DNA from: Pseudogymnoascus verrucosus
Taxonomy: Eukaryota
Reading direction: 5' to 3' (one strand)
DNA: 64,000 nucleotides
Assembly (NCBI GenBank): GCA_001662655.1
Contig: KV460211.1
Shown: one piece after another, positions 1 to 10,114 of the stretch
How positions within the stretch are numbered: the first letter of the stretch is position 1
Layout of the letters: the number at the start of each line of letters is the position of its first letter
Made by a program: the position numbers and the translations under genes
Notes under the pieces: model-generated
Seen by the model: the letters and a program-made list of their open reading frames with translations, nothing else
Databases searched by the model: none
Told to the model about the DNA's origin: nothing

Positions 1-286
1 GACGCCGTAGAGCCGCGAAGCCGAGGCTGGTTTTTGGAGATAAGAGGGTGAGAAGGTATATATTTGTACGGTTCTCCGGTTGTTGGATGGGAATTGAAAG
101 TTGCAGAAGTTGGATCAAATCTTTCAACGGAATCGTCGGTCGTCAAACTTCACCGAACACATAAGTCAAACTTAATCGTCAAACCTCACATCACACCATA
201 CCAACCACCACGCCACCATCCACAAATCTCACTTCACACTCACACCACCTCACACCATCTCCCATCAACTACCCACCACCGCAAAA

Positions 287-508
287 ATGCCACACAGCTA
301 CAACACCCGCTCCACCACCCACTCCTCCCCCACCTCCCCCACCTCCTCTCCCAACTCCTCGCCCGCCTCCTTCCTGCCCCCCACCCCACCGCCCTCCCGC
401 ACGAACGACGCGCTCCCGCTCCTAAGCAGCGCGACGCTATTAGCGGAGGCGGCGAAGAGGGCGCAGATGGCGTGTTTGTTGCGGGATATGGAGGGGTGTG
501 GGATTTAG
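287..508 (+). CDS. Small hypothetical protein (73 aa), S/P-rich N-terminus and helical C-terminal motif LAEAAKRAQMACLLRDMEG
   Basis: ATG in good context (gcaaaaATGc) after a C/A-rich leader. The C-terminal AEAAKRAQMA..RD motif resembles small conserved fungal hypothetical proteins (recollection, not searched). Confidence 0.5.
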   Translation: MPHSYNTRSTTHSSPTSPTSSPNSSPASFLPPTPPPSRTNDALPLLSSATLLAEAAKRAQMACLLRDMEGCGI

Positions 509-2406
509 GAGGGCTGCAGAGTTGAGAGAAGAGAGGGACCACGAAGGACTATTATCGAAGACGTTGAACGAAGAAGAAGAAGAAGTTCGAGAAGGAAGAT
601 GGACAGACGAAGTTGTCGTTCGTACCGGCGACGGAGCTGAAAGCAGCGCCACTACACTGTCCGTGTCATCGATACGGTTTTGAAGATGGATAGAAGAGGA
701 ACGGGAATCACAACCCATATCGCAATCGATGGGTTGTTGGCAGGCAGGACTAGCTCTACGGGGATTTGAGTCCCTGATAATGCCGAGCAAGAAGAACGGA
801 GCCAGCTAGTACAAAGCTGAGTAGGGAATCCAAGTATGAGATCGAAGGGGAAATAGGAGATAGTGCTTGGGGAAGAGGAAAGGGAGGAGGGGGACGAGGG
901 GAGATAATTTTTAATAATATGTGTATAATATATATAACGATATAAAATAATACTCAACTTCACACCCCAGCCATCACCGTGTCGCCATACCCCAGCGTCA
1001 TCGTAGTGTCTTGAGAAGAAGAAAAAGCGTAGGTCCCACCTAACAATTTCACCCTTATCACCGCGCAAATCAGACACCCCCCCACCCCCCCTTTCCTCCT
1101 GCCAAAAACGACGACTGGAGACCAGGGAGGCCGGGCCAGAGGTCATTGCATTCCCAGGGAAGCTTGAAGAAGAAGCGATTCTCGTTTGTGTAGGAGAGGC
1201 GGTGGGATAGTCTGCCGTTGAGGGGGATGGGGGTGCTGTGGTGGTGGAATTTGTAGTCAGTTGTGAAGTGGATACATTTATCGCATAGATCACGTGGGGT
1301 GGAAGTTAAGGGAGTAGTTTCTAACTTCTTGATATCTGTGGTATTTGACATCTAAGCGGGCTGGCTTTGTTGTGGTAGTTGATGATGGACGGAGTGCACA
1401 TCATAGAGTGAGTATGGCGGTGAGTGAGAACAACCACAGACCAAGCAAGCTCTCGCGCAGATCCGCACCGAGTATACTAAAAATGGCACACACAACACAC
1501 AACACACAACGTTACCTCTGCCCTATACGTAGCTTTCTCCGTGTGCCCTTCGGACCTTTTGTCTCCCTCTAAGAAAGGTATGAAGCTAACAAAGCTCCTT
1601 CTGCTCGCTGAGTCGGGCCGTTGTAGAGCGAGCTTACGTATGGAGGGGAGAAACGTGTTTGTCGTCATCGTGTGTGTTCAGCCACAGTTTACGCCACACA
1701 CGCAACTGACTGTCATCGTTCTTTGTATCAGCCACAATTTGTACCAGCGATTGGGATGGGGAGTGACAGATGACATCGCTTATCGCCGGTAGATCGCTCG
1801 CTCGCTGCCGAGTATTGGAGAACTCGATTACTGTGTAATAAAACACCGTGAGCTGGCTGGCTGATGATCTTCACATCTAAGTCGAAACGATCACATCGCA
1901 CAAACCATAAATAAACAGTGCTCCCTACGCCATAAACCTTCATTTTTCTGCAACTAACCCTACTTACCATCCCATCCATCCCACCCATACCGAGAAATTC
2001 CCCCACCTACTTTTCCTTCCTTCCCAGTTTGTTTACAGTACTTAACCCCCCCACCCAACCTGTCAAAACCCCCCAGCCAAGCCTGCACCTCTCCACGGAG
2101 ATCATCATCGCTAGGTGTCCCGTGAGTCGCTCCATTTTTGCGGAATACGAGGTACAACACGCACTTGTATGCGTCTTGGCGGAGGAACGAGAGAGGCACA
2201 CGCACGCCCGATACGAGGAGGAAGCACTGGCACCACAATTGCGGACCAAGGAAGTAGTCGCAAAAGTCGCACCTTAGGTCTGTTGGGTCTAATAGCAGTT
2301 TACCACAGCTGGAGTGGGACGATGAGATACGATGTAGTACTCGATGATACGTTATGCACAAGCTACGAACGACGACGGGTCCTCGATCCGGGAGACATGA
2401 GTCGGC

Positions 2407-2446
2407 TGTTGTTGTTGTTGTTGTTGTAGCTGTAGTTGTAGTTGTA
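2407..2446. repeat. (GTT)n / (GTAGTT)n microsatellite
   Basis: tgttgttgttgttgttgttgtagctgtagttgtagttgtag read directly. Confidence 0.85.
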
Positions 2447-3185
2447 GGGGTCTTGTGGGGGAGGTTGGGGCTGGAGAGCGATACGAAGAGTGGCGCTTGT
2501 TGTGGCGATGGGATGGGACCAGTGTAGAGAGGTTGGGGAGTGAGGCGGTAAAGGCCCTTATCCGGCAGTTTAATGTCGCATGGTTACCTGGTGAAGGAAG
2601 GGGATAAATCGATATTCGATATTTAGTCAGGAAGGAAGAAAGAGAGAAGGAAGGGGATTTTGCAGGCCACATACGGACGATGAATGCACCTGAAACACGG
2701 ACGAGGAGGTGGGATGAAGGAGAGGTTACCAAGGGGAGAGATGAGGAGGTTACCAGGGAGATGTGAAGCAAGATGAAGTTGCTCAAGGGCAGGTTACTCA
2801 TTGTTAGTTGCCACGGCGGCGAGGTGGGTGAGGTACCGTACGCATAGCAACGGCAGCCATACTATTGTTGTGGCCATATTGTTGGTTGAGGGCGGGAGAG
2901 TCAGACACATTCATTCATTCATTCACAGCCACAGCCACAGAAACGGCAGCAGAAAACAATAAACAGACGCAGAAGCACACAGAAAAACTACAGGTAAACC
3001 ACAGCCAGTGGCTTGCCTGCTTGCTTCGTATTGAGATATTGACATATCCCTTGGCATAACCACCAACGAATTACGCCTCTCTCGTATACTGCCGATTGGA
3101 TACCAGGGCTGTACTAACTGTGCTCTGTACTGCACTACACGGTGCACTTGTTCCTGTAGTACGACGGGCAACGGGATGCGGGTAA

Positions 3186-3223
3186 GGTAAGGGAAGTAAG
3201 GGAAGTAAGGGAAGTAAGGGAAG
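3186..3223. repeat. (GTAAGGGAA)x4 short tandem repeat
   Basis: Direct reading of ggtaagggaagtaagggaagtaagggaagtaagggaag. Confidence 0.85.
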
Positions 3224-3956
3224 AGATATAACGGATATCTGCCAGCGGATTTGTGCGAGTTGAGTTGAGTTGAACTGGGGAGGGAGGGGAGTGTACATGA
3301 TGACTATAGCAAGTCTACATTCTATCCTGTAGTATGCCATATACTCTAGCAAGTACACTTTCTATAAACACCAAGTACCCATCCCACCCATCCCCCACCC
3401 CAGCAGATCCCGTACTCCCGCCCTGTGCTCCACCGCCCCTCCATAAACGACGTCAACCCGCACACACTCAACCACGAACTCAACCCCTGCCCCTGCCAGC
3501 CCTCCTCTATTTCCGTCCCGTACTAATTCCCCAATCCGCACATACGCCCACTCAACTCCGGTTCATCACCAGGAATTCCCTTTTCTCCAAAGAGTGACAT
3601 GTCCTTGGTGACGACGGCTTGGCAATTCCTACCTTCTATCGTATGCATCAAAGTATCCTGCACAGGCGATGCACCGTGCAGTGACTGCTGGGCTTTGTAT
3701 ATAACCTCCCCCTCCCACTCGATATTCGCCCCCCCTCTCCTTCCCTTTGTCTCATACACACTCACACGCACACGCACTCGTAACTATCACTCTCGCTGAT
3801 ATTGTTTGTTGACTTGACCTCACATTCGCTGTTTATCTGACGTTCGTTACCTACTGTCGTTCAATCTACGTGAAGGAGAAGAAGGAAGTGTTATCATAAT
3901 CGATATATATACCCACCACACACGACCAACCATCACCAACAACCACAACCGACACG

Positions 3957-4952
3957 ATGAAGCTTTCCACTGCTCTTCTCATCTCTGCCTCTGCTGCTCT
4001 CACCAGCGCTACTGGTCCAGATTAGTATGTCTTCCCACACTCATCCACTTCATCCAACTCACAGACAACACATACTAACCCCCTCCCAGCGACCCAGCAA
4101 CTGGAAAATGGACCTGCCACGTCCCAGACGCCGTCTACTGCGCCGGCGACTCCCTCAAGACAAACATCATCATCCGCTGCACCGGTCTCGTCGGACAGCC
4201 CGGGAATTGCAATGATAACCTTGCTGGCGAGCCGCCTGTGGGCGTGCAGCCCACGCTCTGTTATGCGCCGCAGCTGCACAGCGCTGCTTGTGTGAAGAAG
4301 TAAGTCTTCCCCGTCCCCCCAGCATCATTCTGTCTATTTCCAAGTCATCAGTATTTGTGGACAGAGTCGAGAGAGAGAGGAAAGTGAGAAGAACCAAAGC
4401 TAACGCACCCCAGCTGCATCGTCTACGGCGGGTCCGGTAACCTCGACGGCACATTCCCTCTCCCAAAAGACGTCTGCACACCAACCCCTGAGCCAACCAC
4501 AGTCACGGACACCGCTGAGCCTACTACCACCACGGATGNNNNNNNNNNNNNNNNNNNNNNNNNNNNNNNNNNNNNNNNNNNNNNNNNNNNNNNNNNNNNN
4601 NNNNNCGGATGAGCCAACTGCCACCACAATCACTGACACCGCTGAGCCTACAACCACCACGGAAGAGCCAACTGCCACCACAATCACGCACACCGCTGAG
4701 CCCACCGAACCTACCGATGAGGCGACTGTCACGGTGACGATCTTTACGTGTGATAATGTCACCCCGCTCCCACCATCGACCGTCGTGACCCACACGAACG
4801 GGACTGGTATCGTGCACCCGACTGGTGGAGACACCAACACGCCTGTTGGTCCTACGTCGACTAACATCCCACCCATTCCTAACGCTGGTGGCGCGAATTC
4901 GGCGAGCTTGGGAATGGTGGTGTTGGCGGCTGCTTTTGCTTTCATGGTTTGA
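3957..4952 (+). CDS. Secreted, probably GPI-anchored cell-wall protein with a Cys-rich N-terminal domain and Thr/Glu/Pro-rich stalk; exons 3957-4024, 4090-4299, 4414-4952
   Basis: Signal peptide MKLSTALLISASAALTSA. Introns GTATGT..TACTAAC..CAG and GTAAGT..GCTAAC..CAG keep frame. Cys domain WTCHVPDAVYCAGDSLKTNIIIRC..GNCNDNLAG, EPTATTITDTAEPTTTT repeats and hydrophobic C-terminus NAGGANSASLGMVVLAAAFAFMV. An assembly gap lies inside the repeats. Confidence 0.85.
4539..4605. other. Assembly gap (N run) inside a coding tandem repeat
   Basis: Run of N flanked on both sides by copies of the accgctgagcctac(t/a)accaccacgga unit. Confidence 0.95.
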
Positions 4953-5774
4953 GGGGGGGGTAGTTGATGGGATGAGTGTTTGAGGAGGGGAGTTGATGGA
5001 TGAGAGTTTGAGATGACGTGTTGCGTGCCTGGTGCCTGGTACCTGGTGCCTGGTATCTAGTGCCGCGGGGAAATGGGGTGATGAAATGGGACGAGAATGT
5101 GATGATCTGACGATGACGAGGCCTGGCGTTGGAGTCTTGTAACTAATTTGCCGATATTTGCGTAATATCCTAATATTCTAGCGCTTTCGCAACCGGATTC
5201 CCAATAAAGTGAAGAACAAAGTAAAAAAAGTCTGCCACTTAGCACTCGTTTCCCACACGTCCCCCCCCGCCTTTGTTAGCTCCCATCTGGTAAAAAAAAT
5301 CCACGCCGTTCCAAATCAATCACCCCATCCCATTCCAGCCTCCGCTTCCCCTGGAACAGCCGTGTCGCCGCGTGTCGCCGGCGTGGACTCTAAATCCACC
5401 TAACACCTCTAGCTCCCGCATGTGCCTGACATCCATCCACTCACATCGCTTTCCCCCCTTTTTCCACCCACGTTTCGACAGCGGGAATCACATCACCACC
5501 CGCTGTCAAAACATGGCACTTCCCCAACATCGTGTGATGATGGGGGTGGGTTACCAGGAACCAGGTACTGGTTCGGCTGGTGTGGAAGCTAGAAGGTGGT
5601 TTTTTTTAGTAGATAGATAGATAGATGGGTGTAATGGGATTTTTTTCGTCTCTCTCTCTTTTCTGTTTCTCTTCCTTTGTGAAATCATCACTTTATTCTA
5701 ATTGTCGATTTATCGACAATACCCTCCGTCGGATTTTATCAACTTGCTCCCTCTGTCGATACGCTCAAGTCCCA

Positions 5775-6334
5775 TAGCATCTATCAACTCCTGTCGACAG
5801 TACGGTGACTATCTACTATTATAAGAAGGATAGCAACTATTACTCGTTCCTACGAGGACAGTTACTGTCACATACAGTTATTACGACAGTGTCCATCTCC
5901 CTCTGCACACACCATATCACCTCATAACTATCATAACGAGCATAGTGCCTGTCGCCTTTTATAATAACGACAACACCTCACAATTCTCATAAAGAGCACA
6001 ACGCCTCACAACAATCATAAAGAGCACAGTGCCCATCACCCTCTATAAAATTTACAACGCCTCATAATTATCATAAGAACGACAGCACCCATTGCCTTTT
6101 ATATCCACAACAACACCTCACAACTCCTACAAAGAGAACAACGCCTCACAACCATCTAAAAGAGCACAGCACACATCACCTTCTACAAAACTCATAGCGC
6201 CTCACAACTCCTTTAAAGAGAACACCACCCATCGCCTTCCGCAAACCCAACAGCGCCTTACAACTCTTACAAAGAGTAGAGCGCCTTACAACAATCACAA
6301 AGCGCACAGCGCCCCTTATCAACTCCACACACGA
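5775..6334. repeat. Degenerate 28-bp tandem array organised as a 140-bp (5x28) higher-order repeat
   Basis: Units start every 28 nt without indels, e.g. 5971 caacacctcacaattctcataaagagca, 5999 caacgcctcacaacaatcataaagagca, 6111 caacacctcacaactcctacaaagagaa, 6139 caacgcctcacaaccatctaaaagagca. Confidence 0.85.
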
Positions 6335-6342
6335 CAACCACC

Positions 6343-8049
6343 ATGTCAACCCCCCAACCGCCACCGCCGCCTTCCGGCTCCCCAACCTCCTCCGACACTC
6401 TCCCCCGCACTCCCTCCCCAAAGTCGCCTTCCATCTCCGCGCCACCACAGACCCTCAACTTCCAACCGCCCGGCATAATCATCACCTCCGCCCCTGAGGA
6501 ACCTTTCATCCGCTCTGCCGCCCCCTCGCCATCCTCTTCGCGCTTCGCTGCTGAGGAACGAAGTCGTCGATCTGCGGCGCCGTCGCCGGAGGAACGGTCT
6601 CTGAAGACGCCGTCGCCGTCGCCGTCGCCGTCGTTGACTGGGGCTGTTGTTGCTGGCCCAAGTCAGGGCAGTCGGTCACGGTCGTCGTCTATTCTCGGCG
6701 CCGGTGTGCCGCCCCTGATACCAGGGGCTGGTAATGGATATTCTGCTGCCGGTGTTAGTGGCAGCATGCCGCCTCCGCCGGCACCGACATTGATACCCGA
6801 CCCCCCCGGCTCCACGCGCTTAGCAGCGTTCCCGAGAACAAGATTTTCCTCGCACCATGTCGAATTCGAAGGGCGCCCCCCGCAGCAGCCCGAACTGCTG
6901 GCAACCCCGCTGTCCTCCTACTTCGAGGGCAGACACACCGTGGACCCGGCATCGATCGCGGATTCGGGACGCAGCAGCAGCAGCAGCAGTCGCCCATACA
7001 GCAGAAACGCAGCGATGGTGATCCCGCAATTATCCGGTCCGGCATCGCAACACGGCGGCGATCCGTCGAGCTCGGGTTTCCAGCGCTCTGGCCCGGTTGT
7101 TGGCACGGGGACTGGGCAGAATGAAGATGCGGTGCCGAGACGGCGTGGGAGGTCCGCTTTTGAGCGGGTTCAGGATTTCATGCGAGGCGCTTGCATGCCT
7201 ATTGCAGGGCGGAAGAGGGGGCATGAGGAGATGGAGGACGGCTGGGCGTTGACGGGTATGGTTGGGGACGGGGTTGGAAATGGGTTTGGAAATGGGCTCG
7301 GAAATGGGAATGCGAATGGGTTTGGAAATGAGAATGGGTTTGTAAATGCGAATGGGTTTGGGAATGGGTTTGGAAATGGGAATGAGAATGGGAATGAGAA
7401 TGGGGTTGACGGGTATTTCCATGAGGAAGATGGAGACGTCGACATGGATGGGGCCAATGCCATGGCCACCGACGATGCTGTGCATGGGGATGATGCCATG
7501 GATGGGGCCAATGCCATGGCCACCGACGATGCTGTGCATGGGGATGATGCCATGGATGGAGACGCCACTATCCACGGGGCTACCATGGATGCCGTAGAAA
7601 CCGGCACCGAACACACCGAACCCCAAAACGGCTACGAAGACCACGACGAAGCCCTTGCAACCGCACCAGTATGGCCCCCTTCCATGCACACCACCCACCA
7701 TCCCACCCCTTACACTCCGCACAGGTCTGCCCCCCTGCCGGACCCCCATCAAATGGTTCCGCCAACCATCCATTCCGCTGCAACCCGCGTCAAGACCCGC
7801 GATTATAGCGGGTCGATACAACTCCCCCGGCCGGAAGCAGTGAGTAGGGAGAGAGAAGGACGGTATGGGAGCTTGGGAGAGACGCTTCCGTGCGGGTGTT
7901 CTTACGGGGAGTCGTTGGGAGAAGAGGGGTGCAGCTGGAAGTATTGTGAGGAGCATCAGTGTATTAGGCAGGAGGAAGAGGATGGGGATGAGGAGGATGG
8001 GGGAGAACCAGAGGAGGAGAGAGGGAGAAGTAGGTATAGAGATTGCTAG
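6343..8049 (+). CDS. Hypothetical low-complexity protein (568 aa): P/S-rich, G/N-rich tract, 18-aa tandem duplication, C-terminal Cys/His cluster
   Basis: Long uninterrupted ORF with accaccATG context; no recognisable domain; C-terminal PCGC..GCSWKYCEEHQC. Confidence 0.65.
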   Translation: MSTPQPPPPPSGSPTSSDTLPRTPSPKSPSISAPPQTLNFQPPGIIITSAPEEPFIRSAAPSPSSSRFAAEERSRRSAAPSPEERSLKTPSPSPSPSLTGAVVAGPSQGSRSRSSSILGAGVPPLIPGAGNGYSAAGVSGSMPPPPAPTLIPDPPGSTRLAAFPRTRFSSHHVEFEGRPPQQPELLATPLSSYFEGRHTVDPASIADSGRSSSSSSRPYSRNAAMVIPQLSGPASQHGGDPSSSGFQRSGPVVGTGTGQNEDAVPRRRGRSAFERVQDFMRGACMPIAGRKRGHEEMEDGWALTGMVGDGVGNGFGNGLGNGNANGFGNENGFVNANGFGNGFGNGNENGNENGVDGYFHEEDGDVDMDGANAMATDDAVHGDDAMDGANAMATDDAVHGDDAMDGDATIHGATMDAVETGTEHTEPQNGYEDHDEALATAPVWPPSMHTTHHPTPYTPHRSAPLPDPHQMVPPTIHSAATRVKTRDYSGSIQLPRPEAVSREREGRYGSLGETLPCGCSYGESLGEEGCSWKYCEEHQCIRQEEEDGDEEDGGEPEEERGRSRYRDC

Positions 8050-8825
8050 GGGGTGAGTTGCGGGGTATGGTTTGGGGTTACGATTGATTCAGTTACGAAT
8101 ATGGTGGGATTTCTTAATATATATGGTAAGAGGGTTCCAGTACGATTTGGAACACGGAAGTTGAAGTTTTGGGGTTGATGGTGTCGAAAGGTTTTGTTGA
8201 CGTTATTTATCGTCCTGCATTTTTGGTTCATATGGTGGGGTTATATTAGGATATGGAGCAGGGAAGTTGGAGTTTTGAGGTTGATGGTGTTGAAAGGATT
8301 TGATGAAGTTATTTATCGTCCTGCATTTTTGGATTATATTTAGATCATACTGCGCTTCGACGTGCGGATCTTACATTTATTTTTCAAATATAACTACCAC
8401 TTCAAGAAAGAAAAAGGTTCGTTTGCAAACTCGTTCTCGCCTTATCCTCGGTCACGAAGTTTAGCGATAGCCTCCTTCTTGCGGGCGTGCATCTCTCATA
8501 TGATATAACGGACGTTGCTCAGCTGCGCGCCCCTGACTTTATCTTCTCCCTTGTCGTCGTCAGACTACCAGCGACTCCAAACACCCCAGTCGCCGTCATA
8601 AACAGGGGTGTGACAGGAGTAGCGCGGGAAGCGACCCGACCCGCCTGACAGGGCACCCCTGAAGCCAAGAAACCCGCAGCCCTGCAGCGGTCAGCTCGGG
8701 CTCCGCAACGACGACGCCCACCATGCCGTCTACAGCTCCCAGCTCCGTTTTCGACGTCGCCGACGAAGGCGCAAGGAATTTCCGTAGCTGACGGACTGCA
8801 GAGGCAGCTCGCGGATCCGATCACG

Positions 8826-9976
8826 ATGTCGCGGAGGAATGCGAGCACGCAGGGAAGCTCGCCAGCTGAAAGGTCGCAGACGAGCGTAGTCGTCAGCAGT
8901 GAAGCGCCTACATTGAAGGGTTTTGCTCGTCTTGCTCATCGTGCTCGTATTAGTCGTCTTGCTCAACTTATTCGCATTGATCGTCTTTCTCGCCTTGCTC
9001 GTGCTGCTCTTTGTATGTACCCCCCCCCCCCTCCAGGGGTTTGCGTGGCTGAGATGAGTTGCTAATGAGCTATCTCTAACAGATTGGTTGCCGTTCTTCG
9101 GCATTCACCATGTCTTCATGATCACCATATCCATCTCTATCATCTTCCTCTGTACCTGCCCCCTCTTCTCTCCCCCCCGGTCCCCCACTAACCTCATCAC
9201 CACCCAGCCATCCTTGTCGCCGGGTGCACAACTACAGGCCTCAAAGATGTATACCTTCTCTCCCTCTCTTACCAACCCGCCCCTCCGTCCTCCCCCCCCG
9301 CATCGCAGCTGAGCCCATCCCTCTCCACCACCTTCGCCAACCTAGCTGGCAACTCCACAACACTCCAGGTCCGCGCCGGCTACATTGGGATGTGCATCAG
9401 CGCCGCGCCAGGGAACTGGACTTGTTCGCGCGACGCCGATGCACTGGCTCGCGCCCTGAATGGGACCCGGAGTGGAAGCAGCCCGGACCCACTGAACATC
9501 CTCTGGATCGCCAAGACCTTCCGCGACACCATCGTCTTCGATGGGCTCATGTTTGCCCCCCCTCACACCCCCACTTTAACCGCCTGCTAACTATCATCTA
9601 CAGATTTGCCTCCATCGCGCTCATGGTCATCAGCCTCATCCTACTAGTGACCTATCCTCAATGGCATACTAGTGAGGACGACGACGGGTCTGAGGTCGAA
9701 GTGCGACCTTTTCCGTCGCGCGCTGTGTCGAAGATAACGCTTGTAGCGATTTTAATCGCGGCAATCCTCATGATGATCTCGATACTCTGGCAGCACGTGG
9801 CGACGGCAACGGCGTCGAGTATGGGCGGGAGCTTGGCGTATGGAGCCGTGAGGGGCGGGGTGGGCGCGGCGGCTATGGTGCTGGGATGGGGGGGGGGATT
9901 TCTGGTTGTCGTTGCGATGTTGGGGATCTTGGTTATGGTTTTGAGTATTCAGACTATTCAAGCCATAGAATATTGA
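8826..9976 (+). CDS. FIG1: Fig1-family (Ca2+ influx / membrane fusion, claudin-like) membrane protein; exons about 8826-9012, 9083-9151, 9208-9550, 9604-9976
   Basis: Spliced product WLPFFGIHHVFMITISISIIFLSILVAGC..VYLLSLSY..VRAGYIGMC..WTCS..DPLNILWIAKTFRDTIVF..EVRPFPSRAVS..WQHVA with four TM segments. Three canonical introns keep frame. Start codon uncertain. Confidence 0.75.
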
Positions 9977-10114
9977 TGACGTGGTGCCAGGCAAAGCGCT
10001 GTAAAAATGGGCGTAAAAGGCTAATAGACCGTGTAGTGTAGAATATTATTCTATACATAGCGTATTATGGTATTCTTGTTTTAGAGCTCGCCTTGGCATC
10101 TCTTTTCCGTAGAC

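Noticed and set aside
1960..2600. Minus-strand open frame with Thr run and CDFC/CQC cysteines
   Set aside because: No convincing start or splice acceptor in frame and no recognisable domain.
5775..6334. CRISPR-like interpretation of the 28-bp array, and the overlapping ORF 6092-6478
   Set aside because: Eukaryotic context, no invariant repeat with unique spacers and no cas genes; the period is not a multiple of 3, so the ORF is incidental.
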